Below, in pieces: positions 57,390 through 64,000 of a DNA stretch of 64,000 bases. Under the pieces are notes generated by a model. It worked only from the letters and a program-made list of their open reading frames with translations. It did no database searches and was not told the DNA's origin. The number at the start of each line of letters is the position of its first letter. Within the stretch, counting starts at the first letter, position 1. The stretch is taken from contig OZ024743.1 of NCBI GenBank assembly GCA_964016885.1, positions 247,566,001 to 247,630,000 on the forward strand, given 5' to 3'. The translations under genes were made by a program, and so were the position numbers. The DNA comes from Eledone cirrhosa (Eukaryota).

Positions 57390-59808
57390 TGTATATGGGG
57401 AGAAGAGTGACTTGGTGATGAAACAGTAGGATGGAGGAGACAATTAAGGCCAAAAGACAGGTATATAAAGAATGGCGGGATGGAGGAAGTAAAGAACAAT
57501 TTCAGGAGGCTAGCAGAGAAGCTAGGTGACAAGTGTACTTTGCAAGAAGGGAAGCAGAAGATAAAAAATGTAAGCATGTTCTGCAACGTGATGTCCAAAG
57601 GTGTGAGGTGTTCAGGAATGCTAGGCAATGTATCAGGGAAAATTGTGGTATTGTTGGGAAGAAGTGTGTCTGAGATGATAACATTACTTGCCCTCACTGA
57701 TGCTGAAAAGAAGGTAGCATGGTAAATGAAGGTAGAAGGTAAATGGTGAAAATGAATAGGATGAAGATAGTTTGCCCCAAGTTGACCCACCAGAGGGATC
57801 AGCTGTGCAAGTTAGTAAGGCAATCAAAGATATGAAGACAGGCAAGGCAAATGAACCTTCGAGGATAGTTGCCGAGATGCTGAAAGCGTCTGGGATGGTG
57901 GGGCACACCATAGTCACGCGTATTGTAAACCAAGAAATACAAATGGTGTCATACCTAATGATATAGCAGCAGCATTGGCAACTACTGCAAGGGAAAAGGT
58001 GATGCTCTAGAGAGAGAGCATTAAGTTGGTTGACCAGGTCATGAAGGTCACAGAAAGAGTTATCGCACAGCTGACTAGGGACCAAGTTAAACTAGATGAA
58101 ATGTAGCTTGGATTTGTTCCAGGTAAAAGTACCATGGCTATTCTCTTCCTCGTGAGGCAATTCCAGGAGAAGTATCTAGCTAAAAGTAAACCCCTCTACT
58201 TAGTTTTTGTTGCCTGGAGAAAGTCTTTGACAGAGTACCCCGTTCCATTATTTGGTAGGCTCTTAGAAAACTAAGAGTTGATGAGTGGCTTGTGAAAAGT
58301 GTACAAGCCATGTATAGAGGAACAGTCAGCAAGGTTAGAATCAATGACTATAGTGAAGAATTTAGTGTGCTGGTAGGTGTTCATCAGGGCTCTGTCCTTA
58401 GCCCTTTCCTGTTTATTATTGCCCCACAGGCTATAACAGAAGAGTTTAAGATTGGCTATCCATGGGAACTTCTGTAAGTAGATGATCTAACCTTCATAGC
58501 TGAGTCTATGGCAGAATTAGAGAAGAAATTCCAATCCTGGAAGCATGGCCTAGAATCAAAAGTTAACTTGTCTAAGACTAAAGTCCTAGTATGTAGAAAG
58601 GAAAATAGGGCCCAGATTCCCGCAGGGAAATAGCCTTGCTCAGTGTGCAGGAAAGGGGTAGGTAGCAAACACAAAAATGGGATGAAGAAAGTTCAGGGAG
58701 CTACTATCGCTGCTAGCTACAAAAGGTTTTTCCCTTAAAATAACAGACAGATTGTAAGATGCATGTATATGAACAGCAATGTAGTGAGACCTGGGCACAT
58801 GGCTTAGTGAAGGCACATGGCTTAGTGGTTAGAGCATTGGGCTTGCAATCAAAAGATTGTGAGTTCAATTCTTGGATCGGGTGTTGTTTCCTTGAGCAAG
58901 ACACTTTATTTCACATTGCTCCAGTTTACTCAGCTGTAGAAATGAGATGATAGGACTGGGGTCCCTATCATTAAATTACCCAAGACACCTCCAACAAGAT
59001 ATACTTTGGAGGAGGCCAGCTAAACCTGCATAGGTGTGAGCTGTCACACACACACACACTGTGTAGAGAGGAGATTGCATTGGTATGGTCATGTGATGTG
59101 TATGAAGGATGACTATATAAAAAGGTGTAGGGCGATCAAAGTTGATGGAAATTATAAAGTAGGAAGACCCAAGAAGACTTGGGATGAGGTGATAAAAGTT
59201 GATCTTGCACAACTGCACTTCTCAAAGACAATGACTCAGGATCGAGATCTTTGGCATTATGCAGTAATACAGAAGACCCACGTTCCCATGCATACAGATT
59301 GAAACATACATCTAGTACACACCTCTTAACCACTATACAACCTTCAATACATCTCCCACTGCCCAACACCTACCCACCCACTTTTGTTCACACCACCCTT
59401 ACACTGTTAAGTTGTCGTGTGGGTTTCACAACAAAAAAACCTAGCCCACACTATAAAGTGGTCATGATAAAAAGCACCCAGTCCACACTGTAAAGTGGGT
59501 GTGTAGATATCACGACAAAAAGCACCCAGTCCACACTGTAAAGTGGGTGTGTGGATATGATGATAAAAAGCACCCTGCACACACTGTAAAGTGGGTGAGT
59601 GGATATCACTACAGAAAGCACTCAGCACACACTGCAAATGTGGTTGGCGTTAGGAAGGGCATCCAGGCATAGAAACCAAGCCAGAAAAAGTTCTGTATGA
59701 GCAAGACATAGTCATCTGACCCAGCTTGCCTCAAATGGGACAACCCGTCTAACCCATGCCATTGTGGAAAATGGACGTTAAACAATCATGATGATGATGA
59801 TGATGATG
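57390..59808 (+). mobile_element. Degenerate RTE LINE (RT domain + 3' UTR), interrupted by a SINE at ~58800-59025
   Basis: AIKDMKTGKA, GFVPGKST, EKSLTEYP/FDRVPR region, GVHQGSVLSPFLF, PWELL*VDDL, VGRPKKTWDEVIK. The 3' UTR has ~48-bp tandem units and a (TGA)n tail. Confidence 0.88.
58805..59025 (+). mobile_element. tRNA-derived SINE (second family)
   Basis: tggcttagtggttagagc A box, gagttcaatt B box, tccttgagcaagacactttatttcac core. The 3' half is nearly identical to 34682-34818. Confidence 0.8.
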
Positions 59809-60819
59809 ATACATAATGGATGCATCTCGATTTCGATAATTGCCATCCCTTGACCTTTCTCCTAGATGGGTGGCACAAACATGACCTTTTAGCCCTTCCA
59901 AAGACTTAGATTCTTCCTTTTTTAAGTGAAGAAAAGCCTTGCACTGGACCAATCCCACTCTCTGAACAATGGTGACAGGTATCCAAAAAGAAGAACAGGT
60001 CAACATCGTTGGCTGCTATCGAATCGCAAGTTTTACAACAGAGTTTTCCTTCTCTTAGAATCATGTCCTAACAAGAACTAGGGGTCTCACACTCCCAGTG
60101 GTCTAACTGCATGTCTAGGCACCACACCAAGTAAGTCCATGTCTCCATGCATACATGATGATGGCTGTAACTCGAATTTCGAGTAATACCATCACTTGAT
60201 ATTTAATGAGCATCATGGACATGGCTTTTTAGTCCTGCTAGGGACTTGCCTATGGCCAGCAATGCCATGAATTGCAAAAAAATGTCACATATCAAGCGAT
60301 GCCTGTGCTTGAAGTTATTTTAAGTGAGGAAAGGCTTTGCATGGGGCCAATCCCACTCTCTGAACATTGAATGCATTTACCCAAAAAGTGAAACTGGTCT
60401 ACATCTTTAGATGCAAACGGTGTTGCAGGTTTTAGACCAGAGTGACCTTCTCCGAGAGAGATGTCTTCATGAAGACTAGGAGTCTCTCACTCCACAAAAA
60501 AAAAACATACATACATAGACACATACATATATACAAACATACATACACATTTGGGGCCAAGGGTCAGTATGTCTGAGATGGCCAGTGGGGTGGGTTCCCG
60601 CTGGCCTATAAAATGGCTCAAATAGGTTGTGTTTATAACCTCTTCTGGCATAACTCCCTGTCATGCATCCCTGTCATGGCACTAGCACCACCAAATTGGG
60701 TTGGATGTGAAAGCGAGAGCTTGGCACTATAACCAATGCAATACTTGCTTTTTTGCCTTGGCACCTCCACGACTACTTTGCAGTGGGAGGGGGTGGGGGC
60801 ATATTGTCTACATGCTTCA

Positions 60820-61440
60820 GCTTCGACTTGTACCCGTGGGGAGTCGAGTCTTCTCTATTACTGCATGATGCCAGAGGTCACAGTCATGTGTCATTGCCCT
60901 TGAGAGGTGCAATTGGGTAAGGTCAACTTTTATCACCTCATCCCAGGTCATCTTGGGTCTCCCCACTCTGCGGCTTCCATCGACTTCTAGTGTTCTGCAC
61001 CTTTTTATACAGCTGTCATCCTTCATATGCATCACATGTCCCTACCAACACAACCTCCTCTCCTGCACATGGCATTTGATTCCTCTTATGCTCAGTTTCT
61101 CTCTCAATTCGTTTATGCTTTGCCGTTCACGTATATTACTATTACACATCCATCAGAACATGCAGGCTTCGTTTCTTTCTAATTTACACAAGTCTTCCAC
61201 AGTCAGCGCCCAGGTCTCACTACCATGTAACATTGCTGTTCATATACACGCATCATACAGTCTGCCTTTCATTTTGAGGGAAAAGTCTTTTGTAGCTAGT
61301 AGTGGCAGTAGCTCCCTGAACTTCTTCCATCCCGTTCTTACCCTAGTTATTGTACTTTCCGAACATCCACCTCCGCTGCTAATTCAGTCACCTAGGTAGC
61401 AGAATCTGTCTACTGTTTCTACAGAGCCCTCCCAGAGTTT
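60820..61440 (-). mobile_element. RTE LINE fragment
   Basis: Minus frame MHMKDDSCIKRCRTLEVDGSRRVGRPKMTWDEVIKVDL, homologous to 49360-49550 and 59090-59280. Confidence 0.85.
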
Positions 61441-61485
61441 GGTGGTGGTTGTTTCCTGTGGCTGTTTGCTGCTTGCAGCAATATA

Positions 61486-61625
<140 letters not shown>

Positions 61626-61629
61626 AGAT

Positions 61630-62880
61630 CAAAAGATGGTTAAAAGAGGTCCATGTATTTTATTATGTGCATTTCAAAAACAAATATCATTATGGGGTGA
61701 TATTTGCGTTCTCATCAGATAAAATAGGGAGACATGATATGAAGCTTAAAAAACACTTGCGAGCAGTGAAGTGTTAAATCAACATATGAAAAATAAAGTA
61801 AGATGGATATATGAGATTGGGAAAAAAAAAGGAGGAGGGGGGAAGGAAAAGGTAAGGAAGAGGAAGAAAGAAAATAAAGGGTGACGGGGGAGGAGTATAA
61901 TAAGGAAGGATGAGAGAGGAGGAGAAATGAGTGAGAGAGAGAGAGAGATAGCCTTTAATACTGAGAAACACTGTCTCACAGAGAAAATAAAAAAAACCGT
62001 TGTAAGATAACACATAATTAAAAAAAAATTTTTTGAAATTAAAAGTTAATGAGGTTTATGAATGGTGATGTTTATGATTAAAGAAAAAGGAATTAAGAAT
62101 AGTATTTATTTAAGGTTTATATATTGAAGGGTTTAATAATATATGCGAAAAGGAATTTATTAATATGTATTATTAAAATAAAAATATTAAGGAGATAAGG
62201 TGAATGAAGAAGAGATTAAATGAATTATGAACTTAGAGGAATTAGTCAGGGTTTAAGTTTGTTTTTATGTATTGTAATATGAACAAGTAAATAATACGTT
62301 TAATACGAGCACCGAAGGAGAGAAGAAAGAAGAAAATTTAAGGAAGAAAAAATATAACGTCAAAAAATATATATGTTTACAAAATTTCCTAATGGTAATA
62401 TTAGTATATATTAAAAATATAGTTTGTATGGCCAAGAATATAAGGAAAATGCTATAGTGAGTAATAATATGAATTAAGAAGTAATTGAGAAGTAAAAGTT
62501 ACAGATTAAAGATTAGAAATTAAAAAAGAAAAAAGGAAGAAAGGAAAAAAGAAGAAAAAAAGAAGAAAAATAGAGGACCGCTAACGACATAGAATGAGTA
62601 AATTGTATAATATAATATACTGAAATAAGGTAGAAAGATGGGTATATTTGTAAAAGATATAAACGCGTTTGAGAAAAAAAGATTTTAAACTAATTAGGTA
62701 TTGAGATATTAGCTGCATACTTTATGGAAAGTTCTATGGGATTTATGCAAGCAGAGCGAAAATAAATCCGTACGTCTATTTATTATAGAATTAAAATTAG
62801 AGATAATGGTAAATTTCTCGGCTAGGCAGAGATTACATGTTCTGGATAGGGAAGAATTCTAGTAAGGAGAAGCGTTGCAA
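61630..62880 (-). mobile_element. Penelope-like element 3' remnant (GIY-YIG C-terminus, AT-rich UTR, hammerhead)
   Basis: Minus strand 62880-62720 translates ...SRTCNLCLAEKFTIISNFNSIINRRTDLFSLCLHK, matching the PLE CxLCLxEK...LNxRxE...CxH tail. A hammerhead lies downstream on the same strand. Confidence 0.7.
61656..61726 (-). ncRNA. Minimal type I hammerhead ribozyme (Penelope-associated)
   Basis: Minus strand: tattttat CTGATGA gaacgcaaatatca ccccataa tgatatttgttttt GAAA T gcac A TA ataaaata. Stem I is 8 bp, stem II 14 bp with one mismatch, stem III 1 bp with a tetraloop; AUA cleavage triplet. Confidence 0.8.
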
Positions 62881-64000
62881 ACCTTCCTCTAAGAGATGTT
62901 GTAGTTAATATTTTTGTTTCTAATTTTGGCACAAGGCCAGCAAATAAAGGGACGTATACATAATTTATGTGCTAAATTTCGTAAACAAATAATTTCGTAA
63001 AAATAAATAATTTAAAATTGACTTCTTTTCAAAGTTGCACTTCCGGTATATCGTCAGCACCACCTGCCATATATATATATATAGAAAGAGAGAGTGTGTG
63101 ATGAGAGAGATAGAGATTTTCTACACACTGACGCGTATGAGTGTGCACATACATACATCTATATGTATGAGTATATAACTATTATGAGTATATAACTATA
63201 ATCGCGCAAACACAAACTTATAAAAATACACACTCACCGACATAATTCACACAAAACACATACATTCACACATATTTTCACACAAACATACATACATTTA
63301 CACATATACATTTACACAAACACACACATACAGTCATGATAGTGTTCAGTTTAATTGGAAATGGGAGGGTAAAACAAGTATAACGTTTTATTTATTTATT
63401 AACTATTTTTTTTTAACTCATTTAATATAATGGTTACAGAACGAAAACACTAACAAATATAATATATACAAAGGAAAGGGAAAGGAAAAAAAGAAAGAGA
63501 AAAAATACACAAGCAGGTAATACACACATCTTAGACCACAGAACAAATACAGGCGAAAGAGTGGAAAAGAGCCGCTACTAGAGCAAAAGATAACAATATA
63601 GCGAGGAGCACTGGGAAACCTCTCTAATAATTTTTGAGGCAAGCCAGCACGCTCGCAGCGTTACCTGGGGTGATGGCGAGGCTGAGGTGGTCCAATATGC
63701 ACACTACATATGCTAGCAAAAAACCGCCTGAATGGCGGTTTTTCTGCTAGTTGTTATAAATAATTTAGTGTTAAAAAGCATGAAAAAATATATATAGCCT
63801 CGAAAAAAGCCATAAAAAATTGCAGAAGGTATTAACAATTCTGCAAATATGCTGTGGTTTCCATGATTATTAGTTTCTAAGGAAAATTCCGCAAATGGCA
63901 GGACCAAGAATGCCAGTGGTACACTGTACAATACTTAATTACATAAATATTTTACATAAAAATATAAAATCAAAACAAAGGAAAATATTAATTCAACACT

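Noticed and set aside
63713-63750. Strong hairpin with T-run resembling a bacterial rho-independent terminator
   Set aside because: Eukaryotic context. A hairpin followed by CTAG-T better fits a Helitron 3' end.

Overview
Eukaryotic, AT-rich, repeat-dense animal DNA. The SINE/RTE repertoire and long (TA)n tracts suggest an octopus/cephalopod genome (inference). Bases 1-12396 are the right end of a very homogeneous, CpG-rich 227-bp tandem array (~54.6 monomers) with a 20-monomer internal duplication. Next to it is a tandem duplication carrying two intact, intronless casein kinase I alpha ORFs (16400-17374, 24111-25082). The array-proximal copy is strongly diverged at normally invariant residues. 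The paralogous position upstream of the second kinase appears to hold a single AT-rich relic of the satellite monomer, suggesting the array arose from, or co-duplicated with, the kinase flank. The remainder is largely transposon-derived: RTE LINEs, tRNA-derived SINEs, mariner remnants, a Merlin (IS1595-like) element with ~245-bp TIRs, a non-coding LTR element (tRNA-Trp PBS) nested in a mariner, an STPR-repeat Helitron-like exon, and a Penelope-like remnant with a minimal hammerhead ribozyme. All alignments were done by eye, so TE boundaries are approximate unless TIRs/TSDs are quoted.
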